A stretch of DNA of 64,000 nucleotides from Adineta vaga (lineage: Eukaryota; Animalia; Rotifera): assembly GCA_021613535.1 (NCBI GenBank), contig CP075497.1:9920001-9984000 (forward strand), written 5' to 3'. How positions within the stretch are numbered: position 1 is the first letter of the stretch; the number at the start of each line of letters is the position of its first letter. Below the pieces are notes generated by a model, which was not told the DNA's origin, ran no database searches, and saw only the letters and a list, made by a program, of their open reading frames with translations. The translations under genes were made by a program, and so were the position numbers. Below, piece after piece: positions 38,508-51,351 of the stretch.

Positions 38508-41500
38508 TTCTTTTTGTTCAATGTTCAAAACTGAAGAACAAAAACCTAGAGATAGAGAAAAAAAAACTTTTGCTTTTTTTTTGTTTATTTACTATTAGTT
38601 GTTTAATATATTTCTGTTTTAGTTCGTCATCATCTTGTATATGTGTAATTAGCTCGAAACATATTGCTTTGTTGATAGATAAACAAATAGAAAAGTAATT
38701 CAAGGAAACTAGTAAAACAATGTTTCAAGTACGATGAGAGAATGAAGAAGAGCAATAGCAATAATAGGACGATAAAAAATCAATATAATGTATATCTACC
38801 TGATTAATGGAAATTCATATGGTTATTAAGGAAAAGATTTTCCGATAAGAGATCTTTTCGATGTAATATGTAATTTAATAAAGACAAAAAAAGACGATTA
38901 ATATCGTCTTTTTTTAAATAATTTACAATAATAGATAGAAAAATATTGATCTCATTTAATAACGAGCAATATGGAAACAAGGTTTCGTAGACATCGTCTA
39001 CACAAAATGAATAAATATATGTATCAATTATTTGGCTTTTTTTCTCGATGTTATTCTTCTGTAATGTTTGTCTCTCATCCTCTCTTCTGTTTTTTCTCGA
39101 TTCTTTCTAACACGATACATATTCATTCTCATCTTCATCATTCTCATGATTGTCAGCTATGACAATGACACAAGTGATGACGTTCGTGTTATTCTATGCT
39201 TTATACAACATTATCAAAATAGATTCTCAGTGACGGACAATAAAGAAAAAAAAACTGAAAAGATGGAAAAAAAGTGAACAGTTGTGATAAAGATTATTCT
39301 GTTGTCTGAAATATGTTTCATTGAATCAGCATACTGATCTTCCTTCTATCAATTGTCGATAATCTATTATTCGTTCACTTCTGTTTAGTCCGAGATGAAT
39401 GAAGCATAAGCACACTATCATTCTTTCCTTATGTTTAGTAGAATATGTATGAACAATTTATCATTGATTGTACTAGATTCTGATCTACAAACAGAGTCTT
39501 ATTACATCTTATGAATAGATTATGTGTGTAATGAACGAAACAATACACGTCGGTGTCTGTCTACTGGTCTGTCTAAGCCTTTTATGCATCTTGAAAAGTA
39601 TTCTCTCTGATTAAAATAAAAGTCTGAAATACTAATGTGAGCATGAAATTACTTTTCTTGGGATTCTTTTTTTTTTCGTCTTCTCTACTAAGTTGAAGTC
39701 GATATTAATGAAGGCCATATGAAGACATTCTATACTTGATATACGGAGATCGACAACTGGAGAGAAAATTCATTGCAGACAAATAATTGTCAAGTACGTA
39801 CTCATCATCATCATGTATACATAGAATAACTGGATCGTTTGTCATATTTTCTTTGAGACAACATTTGATCGGAATACTAACAGCAGCTGACCATTTTAGT
39901 ATAATGAAAGAAAAAGAAAAAGAAAGAAAGAGCGTATGACACTCACATATACATGACATAATGTTCAATAGAGAAGAAGAAAAAAAAAGAAAAATGATGT
40001 AGAAAAAAGACGTGCAACATAAAGGACCCACTTTGCCTGTTTGTTCAACAGTATTAGCAACAAGCAATTGTCGTTTGTTGCTTATGTCTCACCATTATGA
40101 CCAAAAGAATGAGCGCTTAAATCGAACAGCAGTAATAACAATAAAAGAAGAAACAATCATTACATAAGTAAACTACTTGCTGGTCTGCTTGCCATTTTCT
40201 ACTCGAACGGTTCTTATGTAGTGAAGGTGTCGAGGTCATCTGTACTGACTTACGAGTTACTCAATTTCGTCAGCATAATTCTTCTCCTTCTACATAATAC
40301 ACACATACTTATAAGTACGAACATAAACATTGATGAATAAAAAAAAACATATGATCGTTAACTAAGCCCAATGGGACGAGTCATGTAGGAATACATGTAT
40401 TGCGGAGGATGATGAAGATTTAAACCACATTCAAACAAAGATGATGCGACAGCATAGAAATAAATGCTCCCACCTTTTCTCTTATATAATCTATTTATAT
40501 ATATATAAATGACAGGCCACACTTTTGTACTTACTAAAAAATGAGAGGCGATGTTTGCTATTGATATACCATTGTCTGAAATATGTCTTTTCCTTACTAA
40601 TAAGAAAATTAAGATACGTTCATAATCAACCTAAATCGATATCTGTGACATTCGATAAAGAAAAGGCAGTCGCAGACGACGTCTCCTATTTCGTCACAGG
40701 TAATAAGTTTGACTTGTTTTTTTTCTTTCTTCTTCTCGTTACTTATTGATTGCTTCTTCCTACTACGAAATAGATATTTTACTAGATTGCCTAGTTGATT
40801 TGAGAAGAATGTTGAAGGATGAACCGAACATTGGACAGGTAAATACTAAAGTATATGTGTACATACTTTTATACATAAATGTATGTATACATATACATTT
40901 ATGTATAGAAAAGAGTAGGTGATATGAATCAATTTAAAATACATTCATGTGTGTAGAAGATATACATGATTGATTAATGTAACTTGATTTGTGCATTGAA
41001 AAGCGGTGCTTAATAATGCTGATATTAGTATAGTTTCGTCATAGAAGCGTTACCATCAATCGCTTTTTCTTCTCGTTTTTTTTTGATGATTATCGTATCC
41101 GTCGAGGTGCACATATGTGAATGAACATATACAAGGCAATAATGGAGGTCACACGAGAAAAATTGTGCATCTTGAAAATGAAAACGATAAAATAACTAAT
41201 TTAATCCTTATCGATAGACAGTATTCAAATAGATCGCAGCCCTGAACTGCCAAAACACTTGAAAATTCATATCATGCCGTTTGTATCTAAAGGCAATCAT
41301 CGGTCCGTTTTCTTTTTCTTCTATTTGACAGTATATATATATCGTTAGGTTTATATTCAAGGTTTCGTTTTTTGACGATGACGATTATTACTAACTATAA
41401 TTATAATGATTAAAAAAAGAAAGAAAAACGGAAAAATAATATAAGATTCATTCATCAATATGATTTAGTAACATTGAAAAATCGATAATAATGAATCAAG

Positions 41501-43803
41501 TGACCATGATTTCAAGGTATATCAAATTTCGAATAATATTCATTAACAAATAAGTTAGTCTCTTTTTTTCCCTCATAGTTATTACTTGAAAAAAATCTCA
41601 AGGTGAAATAGAATAAGTTATGCTTTTATTAAATTTTCAGATCATGTTATCTTTTCGTAAATGATTGTAAGAAGGTTTCTATTAATTATCTTTCATAGTA
41701 ATCCATCTGATCGTTATGCTTTTTACACGTGCTACATTCATGCCAATCATTTGATTATCAATCTGGATCTCTACCAAAAAATTTGATAGATGTCAAGGAA
41801 AAAAGTTTGTATAAATCTTGTCTATACCAAAAACTCTTTTATTTGTCTGTTGATTTGTTTATATGTTACGATTGAATGAAATATTAATAGTCTGAGACAT
41901 ATTAATGTTTGTAATGAAGGAAATCTGATTGAAAATTTTTTCAATAAGTCTTTCTAATGTGATATCATTAATAGGAAAAAGTCTCGATAGAAACCAGAAA
42001 AAAACAATTTTAATGTAATTGAGTTTATCTGTATTCGATCTATAAAGAAACTGGTTTTATTCAAGGAGAAAATCGAAATGCGCGGATGTAAAAACCTTAT
42101 TTAGTAGTTCAAGGAGAAAACTGAACATAGAAGAAAAAGCTAACTATATGTATTTTGAATGATAACGAAGTGTAATAAATCAAAGAACAAATTTGAAACT
42201 GAAGGAAAGATTGAATCAAGTCTAATTTTTTTTATACATTAAAATATTTACAAAAAAACAACCAATACCATGCACACATACTGCTTAATGAGGCAAATCC
42301 TAAGTGTTTCGAAAGATCTTTCACACAATGTTTTCATATGTACGGATCGATATATCAAATTTTCAGTAAAAACATCGTTTATTTACTATCGAAATTCATG
42401 AATTATTGTTTGTTTTTTCTTTCTATTTACAAGTCAAACATGATTTAATTGGAGGTCAAGCTTAGATTGTGTATTGATTTTAAAGACAATTCAAATTGCA
42501 AAACTTTAAAAGTTGGAACAATCTTACTAACCATACATGTATGATTTTCTAATCCATCAGTAAGCAAGAATTTTCGTGACTTCCAAGTAGATGAGAAAAG
42601 TATGTTTACAGATTGTTTATTTATTCAAAGTCATTGATCATAGAGAGTTATCAAATCAATAAAGATAAAGATGATCATGCATTTAAGAACGATTTAAGCT
42701 TTTCAAATTGTGTATACCTATATTTTTATTCCGACTGAAAATAAATACAGTTGACTGATAATTCGTGATAAAACAACGAACATTTCATAGTATAAATTGT
42801 GATTTTTTTACATATGCAAAAGAATATTATTCTTGAATATCCGAGTTTATTCATAATTTTTACATTTTGGTTATCATGAAGTTTCATAGAAGAAAAACGA
42901 AAATAAGCAGAGAATAGTGTTATGCTCTCGCATATCAAATAGAAATACTACAACTTAAAAGCAATCTTAATGAATTCTTATTAGTTTTAATTACATACGA
43001 ATAATGTAACCTTGGGAGATCTAATTTTAAGATAGACCAAAACTCACTTTTGCCTCCCTCCTCACAATTCATTAAAGGAAAGAATTGAGTAATAAAATAT
43101 TTATATTATCATCTATCATACATGCAAATCTTAATTGGAAAATATCAAATTACACAAGTTGTTTTCATCTATTTTTTCAACACTTCATTTTCCCGTGCAA
43201 ATTTTGCGCTTATTTCTTACAAGATAAAATGTTAAAAATATCAGGTGAATTTGTTATGTAGTTGATCCAATCATAAATATAGTCAACAATTTTAGAAATC
43301 AATACCACATATGTCCAAAAGATATTTTGCTTTTGCTTGGTTCTAAGATGATGATGATTATTATGCTATCATTGGGAAAAAAATAGAAGTAATAACATAA
43401 AGAGAAACACCTGTTTAAGTATTGATGCTTATTCTCAATAAGAATATAGAGAAAAACAATCAATTTATTCAACAAGTAGGTCAGTTAACAGCTTGTAATT
43501 TGACAAACAATCTCAGACTAGAATAATAGCAGACTAAAGAATGCTAGTGATGAGTCAGCGAGTACTTTACCTGATATACGAAATCATACAAACATGATTT
43601 CGCAATGCAAAACAACATGACACGTCATTATATCAACAATAATATGTAAGTTATGTTGGAAATCTGTCGATATGATGCAGACATATAAATAAAGAGACGA
43701 GTTTTTCGACGATATAAATGAAAATAAGATAAGGAAAAAACCTTAGATTTCTTTTAAAATTATAACGAGCATCATTACATCAACTTTACATTATGTATGA
43801 AAT

Positions 43804-43922
43804 GCTTACGGCCATACCACGTTGAATACACCAGTTCTCGTCCGATCACTGAAGTTAAGCAACGTCGGGCTCGGTTAGTACTTGGATGGGTGACCGCCTG
43901 GGAATACCGAGTGTCGTAAGCT
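43804..43922 (+). rRNA. 5S rRNA gene, single copy in the window
   Basis: GCTTACGGCCATACCACG...CCGATCACTGAAGTTAAGC...TTAGTACTTGGATGGGTGACCGCCTGGGAATACC...CGTAAGCT; the 5' and 3' ends pair and the internal A/C boxes are intact. Confidence 0.98.
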
Positions 43923-43928
43923 TTTTTT
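43922..43928 (+). terminator. RNA polymerase III oligo-T terminator of the 5S gene
   Basis: T7 run directly at the 5S 3' end. Confidence 0.85.
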
Positions 43929-45647
43929 GCTTCGTATTTATTTTTCTTTTCGTTTCTTTGAGGGTAACAACAAGCGAGAATCTTATAATGACATAAAACA
44001 AATTCTTAGAATTCTTTTCTAAGTATATTTTTGTTTATGACGATGTAAAGTCAGGTAGAGACAAGTATCATCGGATATTTATTCAAGTCTTTACTAAGAG
44101 CAATAGAGAATATCATTTCTAGAATATTAAAACAAACATATTTGAAGATATCAAGAATGTAGACTTTAACAAGAACATGATATAAACACGTTCAAGTTTA
44201 ATGAATAACAACAGATTTTTCTCTCTGGTTTATATCTTCTATGACATGTAGTTAAAGAAAATCTGTGTTGTGCACTATGGTGAAAAGGATTGTATATGAT
44301 TCAGATATGTTCGAAAAGATGTTGATCGATCCTGTTGTTCTCTTACAGTCTTGCCAGACATTGATTAGCATATATTTGAATTTTAATAAGTTTTTAATTC
44401 ATATTGAAAACTTTCTTATTTTCTATTATTCATGTCATCAAAATTTTTTTGTGTTTTTCTTTACATATCCGATGTTCCTTATTATATTTGCATGAGAGGT
44501 CGTTGGATTTATTAGTTATTATTGACAAAATAGTATTTAATCAATAAGACAATCAAAGCGTACAGATTGGAAATGATAAGAGAAGAAATCTTTACGAATA
44601 GATAGTATTTTCTTTCATTGTTAATGAAAACAAATCATTGAATTCAATTTTGATGATTAAATAACAAAAAACCTGGCATTTGAAGAGCTTTATCTACATA
44701 TGAATTTGAAAATTATACGCGTGAATTCAACATTCCATTCATAGCATTTGACACCCGCGCACTTTTTTTAATTTCTTTCGTTCTTCTTTATCGTATATCT
44801 TGCTTTTGAAAAATGGCAACCATTTCAGCAATGGGTTATTTTATATCATAGTTTTTCTTCTTTTCTCTTCTCTTTAATGCTCGATTTTATACGTATGAAA
44901 GAATGTTGTTCGAGTTTTTCGAGAAACGAAAGAAACGAAGAGAGAGTGAGAGAAGAAGAACAGACAAGCACGGTTGATGTCTCTTAATAACAACCATGTG
45001 TAGGCATTATTACATCCATAAAAACAGCTGATCTATAGACTATCTTATCAGTACGGTAGTAGTATAGTACTATAAAAATGCAGAAATAGTCTTCTTCACC
45101 ATCATTCGGTTTTATCGTATTGTATTCAGCAAACAACAGTATTGGTTTAGAGACCTCGACTATCAAATGTCAAAGAAAAGAGTACTCAAAAACGATAGGT
45201 GACAGATTGTGCACACAGTTATAACACGAGATTGAAAGAATCAATAAAGGCAGGCTGCAAAAGACACACTACGAGTAAGGAGAGGAAGCGAGAAAGAGAG
45301 AGAAAGAGAGAGAAAAGCGATTAAGCTTTCGACAAACTATAATATCATTATTTTAGATTCAAATAGACATAAAATATTTTTATACACTTTCAAGGTTGGA
45401 TATAATAAGAAATGATCGCTTGACTTATTACTAAAAGTAGCTATTGTGTATTTAGTTTTTCTCACAATAACAAATAGCAATAACAACAACAACAACAGGT
45501 AATCATTTTTTCTTCTCACGTCTGAATAACAACGGTTTATTTTTTCCTTTCTTTCACTTGTTTTTCTACCTCTTATGCGTCATTTGATTGGAAAAACATT
45601 GTAACATATGACTCAAATTGCTTTAGTCATTACCCATTTTTGTTTGA

Positions 45648-46688
45648 TTGCTTTTAAGTATTGCATCTACTTTTTTTCTTCCTAGTTTTACATTCATCAA
45701 AATACCACGTTCACTTAATTATTCACGTGACGAAATCGAAGCGCTTTTCAAGCGCGAAGGTCTCGATCAACGATTTCGTTTGAGTTCTACACATGATCGA
45801 AAAACTGGTTCAACATGTCAAGTCTATTATGCACATGATCTATCACAATCTGATCAACGACTCGTGGCATTAAAGATAATCCGTACTGATTTTATTGATA
45901 GCTTCGTTTCATATGATGATTTATGCAATTTACAACGAACAAAAGATTGGTTTTATAAACCAAAAGATGTTATTTACAATCGTCGTTTTCCAAATTTCGA
46001 TAAATACATTCCAATTGAACAGTACATTGGTGAATTGGGACGTCTTTGTCCTAATTTACCAATATCACGATGTATTGAAAATGGTTCAAGACATTTAAAA
46101 ACATATGATGGATATTTAATTGCTTTTGAATATGTTCATGGTCGAACAGTATGGGAAAATCTAGTTCGTACTGATTTTACTTATCTAAATGAAGAACAAG
46201 CATGTTGTTTTGTACGATTATTTATTGAACAACTTCTAATTCTCTTAAAACATCATATTATTCATCGTGATTTAAATACTTGTCAAAATTATTATTATAG
46301 ATTTTATGATGAAATTCGAGCACCACCCTCCAGATACGAACATTGGTCATCTGGTGAAGATGGTGAAGATGGCTATTCCAGTATGAGTGGAGATAGTCGA
46401 CAATCATCGTTAGATGATTTAGTATCGTTATCATCTTCATCATCATTAACATTTATTGATTTTGGTTGGTCAATATGTACAGCTGATTCAGATGATGATC
46501 GACATGAAGTTTTACTTCAAACACTTCAAAGCCTCTTTGAACGTACACCACGTATTATTCAATTATTTGGTGGTATAAATTATTGGAATTTTCGACGAAC
46601 AATAGAAAATCGACAGATTGGTCTCAAACAATTATTAAATCATCCATGGTTAAAAACAAATGAAAATGAATTTCAATCAACCTGGTAA
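45648..46688 (+). CDS. Atypical protein kinase-like protein (main exon starts ~45686; possible small upstream exons from ATG 44813 and ~45456-45498)
   Basis: GSTCQVY, VALKII, FEYVHG, HRDLNTCQN, FIDFGWS and terminal LLNHPWL motifs are present; no APE motif is visible. Confidence 0.75.
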   Translation: MLLSIASTFFLPSFTFIKIPRSLNYSRDEIEALFKREGLDQRFRLSSTHDRKTGSTCQVYYAHDLSQSDQRLVALKIIRTDFIDSFVSYDDLCNLQRTKDWFYKPKDVIYNRRFPNFDKYIPIEQYIGELGRLCPNLPISRCIENGSRHLKTYDGYLIAFEYVHGRTVWENLVRTDFTYLNEEQACCFVRLFIEQLLILLKHHIIHRDLNTCQNYYYRFYDEIRAPPSRYEHWSSGEDGEDGYSSMSGDSRQSSLDDLVSLSSSSSLTFIDFGWSICTADSDDDRHEVLLQTLQSLFERTPRIIQLFGGINYWNFRRTIENRQIGLKQLLNHPWLKTNENEFQSTW

Positions 46689-47152
46689 TCCGTTATTTAT
46701 TTAATCATGCTCGCACATAGAAACTGTGATAGAGTGAGTTGATTTTCTTCTTTTGCCTGGTGATCTCATTATTCATACACACATATATATATATATTTTT
46801 TTTCCCGTCTTCTTTCTATTGCTTTTGCATTCTCACCTTATGCACCTACGAAAAGAAAGATCCGTTGTGATGTTTTTTTTTGTTTTGCCAATGATTTATT
46901 TTTGTTCCATATTTTTTCTTGGTGTGTCTAGTCTTTAACTTGTCAGTTATCTGTAATTTGAAAGAAGAATATCAATTGTAACAAAACAAAACGACGTCAC
47001 ATCTATCCATTTGATAAACATGAATTATTCATTTATTTTTCTCCTATGTAAATGTTTAAAATAAATACACCTGACAGATGCATATTATATATTTTAGTAA
47101 ATAATCTTTTACATGATTCATTTAAAGGAAGAAGGAAAAAAAGTTTTCTTTT

Positions 47153-47971
47153 TTATCTACAAGAATCTAAAGAAATTGGATCGTAGATTAATAAACGATT
47201 CGGATCATTACATTGTATCACAATTCGAGAAAATGAAGGTATAATAACGATGGATTTTGGTTGATGAATATGACAAATTGTTAGAAGAAGTTTGTCAAGT
47301 GATTGCCAGAGAAGACGATCATCGAATGCATCAGCAATAAGCCATAGTTTTGTATTAAATCGAGTTATAGATGTACCCCCAATAGCAAAACGTCGAATAG
47401 AAAATAAAGTTCGATCAAGATATTCTAATTTCCCCGTATGTGTTGAAACAAAATATTGATCATCAAATTCGATATCTTCACAAACATGATCAAGACGTTT
47501 TTGACGAAGATATTTTAATGTCTTCATATCGTATAATTTCAATGTTCGAGAATCAACACAAGCAATTGTAGTTGAATTGCATGCAATTCGACATTTATTT
47601 TTATCTTTATCAATAATTAAATTATTCGTAAATTGTTCATGTTCTAAATTGTAAGCAAATAATTGTCCATTGGAAATAATTAAAAATTCATTTCGTTGTA
47701 TACACCAAACAAAATCATCAATTGAAGAAGTTAAATCAAGCAATTCAATAGAACGAATTAATTGAAAATTAGTATTTTCAATTCGACATAATTCTAAAAT
47801 ATTTTTCATATTATGGTTATAAATCATTGCAAGTTCATTTCGGGGATAAGGAAGATATGCCATACCACAATACATATAAGAAGGTTCAAGTGGAATAGAA
47901 AATGTTTCGGTTGTAGGATAATTCGATTGATCAAGTTGTTCATGACTATTGATCGACTCAGATGATGTCAT
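47153..47971 (-). CDS. Uncharacterised protein, probable beta-propeller-like fold
   Basis: 272-aa intronless ORF with repeated short beta-strand-like units (LFAYNL, LKLYDM, WLIADAFDDRLL, RLLIYD). Confidence 0.7.
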   Translation of the reverse strand: MTSSESINSHEQLDQSNYPTTETFSIPLEPSYMYCGMAYLPYPRNELAMIYNHNMKNILELCRIENTNFQLIRSIELLDLTSSIDDFVWCIQRNEFLIISNGQLFAYNLEHEQFTNNLIIDKDKNKCRIACNSTTIACVDSRTLKLYDMKTLKYLRQKRLDHVCEDIEFDDQYFVSTHTGKLEYLDRTLFSIRRFAIGGTSITRFNTKLWLIADAFDDRLLWQSLDKLLLTICHIHQPKSIVIIPSFSRIVIQCNDPNRLLIYDPISLDSCR

Positions 47972-48416
47972 ATCTATTTACAATCTGAAAATAGAAAACA
48001 CCTACGGAATAGATAGATATCGATTACAAGGTTTTAATTATAAATCTCATGTTTTGTGATTCATATTCTGGAAATGTGAACATTCGGTAATTATATTTTT
48101 GTCAATTCGACTGTTCTGTTAGTAGATATAGTACTTCATTACATATTTTAAATCTTAGTCTATGATATTTGTATCACGAGTATCTTCCATACTTTTGATT
48201 TCTATACAATTACATCTTAAGAGAATACTTTCCTAGAATCATATCTAAATATGAATGAAAAAGAAGAAAAGAAAATTTATCTTTGTACAAATATACATTC
48301 AGAAAAAAAACGATTTAGAATTGTCTTTATTAATGTATAAATTAACAAAATGTTACAAAGTAGAATAAAATGCACAAAACCGAGATTAGAAAAAAACATC
48401 ACGTCATTATTCTTTT

Positions 48417-49241
48417 TTAAACTGGAATGGACCAAACAAGATAGGATAATTGATGCGTTTGTTGATTAATATTTTGTCGTGATCGTTCGGTTAATTTTGG
48501 ACATTGAGTAAAACCAATAGTTTTTAAATTTGGACAATGTTTGAGCAAATAAAGAAAACCATCATCAGTAATTTCTCTACACATTTTCAAATTAATTTCA
48601 TTTAATGTATAATGAAAAGTGGATTGTCCAATTGACATCAATGATTCATCTGTAATACGTGTTTGTGTTAATGCTAATGATCGAAGATGAGTTATTTGTT
48701 GAAGAGCAATAATACCTTGATCAGATATTTGTAAACAACCTGATAAATCAAGTTCTATTAAACGTAAACAATATCTTCCGATCGCAATAACACTTTCATC
48801 TGTTATTTGTGAACAATTTTGTAAACGAATTTTTCTTAAAGATGGAAATTGTTGAACGAACTGTACCAAGCCGTAATCAGTTATATTCGGACTACGTAAA
48901 TGAAGAACCAATGGATTCAATACGGATGTTGTTGTCGAAACATCTTGACTAGATTGAAGACGTTTCCGTTCAACCTGTGCTGTTAATGAACAACGTGCCA
49001 TAATTATCAATGCTTGATCAGTTATATTTGTACAATCACGAAAATCGAATGTACGTGTCCGACAATTGAGTAAAAGTGATAGATTATCATCATTTAATAA
49101 ACCACGATGTGAAAGTAAAGTAAATAAACGTGCTTTAAGATTTGCAGGTAATACATTCAATGTTGATGCTTGTGTTGATAAAATGATATTGAAATGATTA
49201 ACAATTGCATATTCGCATATGACAACTAATTTAGATGCCAT
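48417..49241 (-). CDS. AMN1: AMN1 homolog (cysteine-containing leucine-rich repeats)
   Basis: LPANLKARLFTLLSHRGLLNDDNL N-terminus, LRR-CC repeats (LxLxxCxxITD), C-terminal LVWSI. Confidence 0.8.
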   Translation of the reverse strand: MASKLVVICEYAIVNHFNIILSTQASTLNVLPANLKARLFTLLSHRGLLNDDNLSLLLNCRTRTFDFRDCTNITDQALIIMARCSLTAQVERKRLQSSQDVSTTTSVLNPLVLHLRSPNITDYGLVQFVQQFPSLRKIRLQNCSQITDESVIAIGRYCLRLIELDLSGCLQISDQGIIALQQITHLRSLALTQTRITDESLMSIGQSTFHYTLNEINLKMCREITDDGFLYLLKHCPNLKTIGFTQCPKLTERSRQNINQQTHQLSYLVWSIPV

Positions 49242-49549
49242 GATCTAAAAGACAAAAATGATAAAAGTTAAGTCCCCAAAGATATGTTTAATAACTTAAT
49301 AAATAAAAAAGAAAGGCAAAAAATTATGTCGTTCACAATATAAAAATTTCACAATTAGATAAAAAGAGAAAAAAAAACCCCGATCAGATTAATAAACATT
49401 AAATGTTTGGGAATGTGACTGTCATTGTCGTCAGTATTAACATTGCAGAAAAATCACATTTGTATTGCTACAGAGAGAAAATATTGAGTAAAAATGATTT
49501 GTTCAGATAACTTTAAAAATGATCATTGGCGTCAGTAAAGTTCAAATTA

Positions 49550-50962
49550 TCAGTTTGATAATTCGATTGTATCAAGTACAGAAAAGCATTTCGAAAAATT
49601 AACATTCGAAAGTAAACAACCTTGTCGTCGAGCACCCCAAATTGCAGCACCTAATTCATCAAAAGAGACAGTACTCTTAGAGAAAAAAAAACGTTTTCAT
49701 GATTATGCATACCGATTGCGGCTGATGATGTCAATTGGACAAGTTCAATTTTATTAAATGGTAATGTATTTCCCTGAGAAACGCCTTCCACAAAACCTAC
49801 AGATAATAAATAATTCAAATGGAAATAGACATGGAAGTCAAAATAGACATACCCTGTTTCAAAAATTTCCAACTACGAAAAACGGAGCCAACAACAACAA
49901 CGCGTAATTTACCTTGTTCATATAATTTTTTATCAATTGAAGGTGAAATAGCTCGAAGATGAGCACCCAAAATATATCCCGCATCTTTGAATAATTCTCG
50001 ACTTGCTTCATCATTAGTATTCGAAACCACTATAATAAAAGAAAACCAAGGAGTAAATGTGAAAGAAACAAAATCAATTTGTGCAAACGAACATTCAGCA
50101 ATAACTTGAGTGAAACGTGCAATATAATCTTTTTGGAAATTTTTATAAAAATGATTCAACAATTGGCTCATACTTTCTACCTATTCATTAAAATAAAATA
50201 CAATGAATAAAAGAAAACAACATACACTTACTTGAAAATAAGTTTTAATTTCATTCTTCAATTTTGTTAAATCATGAGGTGATAAATGTAAATTATCTTC
50301 GTGATCAAAAACACGTTTTATTGCACGTTGTGCAATCCAATAAGCACTTCCTTCATCCCCCAACAAATGGCCCCATCTAAACAGATGAAAATAAAAATGA
50401 TGAAATATCAATTTGTGTTCTTTACCCTCCAGCTCGTTTCTTTGTACCATCTTCATTATAAACAACACAGTTTGAACCTGTTCCAGATATAATCACTACT
50501 CCACCATTGGGAACTGGCCCGATTAAATCTTCTCCAATAGATATTTTGTTTACATCAATATTAAGTAATTTCAATTCACGACGCAAATTATCTTGAGATT
50601 CTAGTTGTCCAGCTCCACTTAAGACCATTCCCTTTAATAAAATACTTTTAAAAATATTATCTTTCATTTTTTCTCTACTTACAACACTAACAAGATAATC
50701 CCAATCGACTTCACCTTTAGCAAGAATATCATCGATTAATTGCTTCAATAACTTGGCAACATTATCGAATCCTCTTACCTTGAATTACAAAAGAAACAAC
50801 AACAACAACAACAATAATAATTTGTTCAAATCAACTATATGACATTACCCACGGATTTGACGGTCCTGTTTCTAATGTCACATAAACTTTGCCATTTTCA
50901 TCAATCAATACTCCTTCAGTTTTCGATGCTCCGCCTTCAATTCCGATGAATAGTCGATTCAT
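49550..50962 (-). CDS. NAGK: N-acetylglucosamine kinase, multi-exon
   Basis: GIEGGASKT, GPSNPW, GGVVIISGTGSNC, GGWGHLLGDEGSAYWIA, VVGSVFRSW, SSAAIGAA motifs. Confidence 0.95.
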
Positions 50963-51351
50963 AATCTAAAGAATATGTAAAACTACAATTGTTCTTTCTT
51001 TTTCTATTTCTCTTTCTCACTCTCCCTCGGCAGCAATAGATTTAACATTATAAAAAAAAACGGGAGAGACGTTTTAATAAAATACTCATAAAAAACACAA
51101 CATGAAATGAGAAGAAAAAACAGGGAGATAAGTATATTTATATATATATATGTACACATAACAACCAAAAGAACGATTAAAAAAATGCTACATGACTACT
51201 GAGAAAAAAGAAAGTAAAGGATATAGTTTATAGAGTTTGTAACCTCTGGAAAAGATAAGAAATATGTTTTTATTTGACAACAAATAGATACAATAAAAAT
51301 TTCGAGGGATTTGACTAATATAAATAAAACACACACATACACACACATTAT

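Noticed and set aside
43205-43230. GCTTATT..CTTACAAGA upstream of the 5S gene, vaguely like a rotifer spliced-leader exon (5S-SL linkage)
   Set aside because: Only a partial match from memory, with no GT donor following and no Sm site or stem-loops seen.
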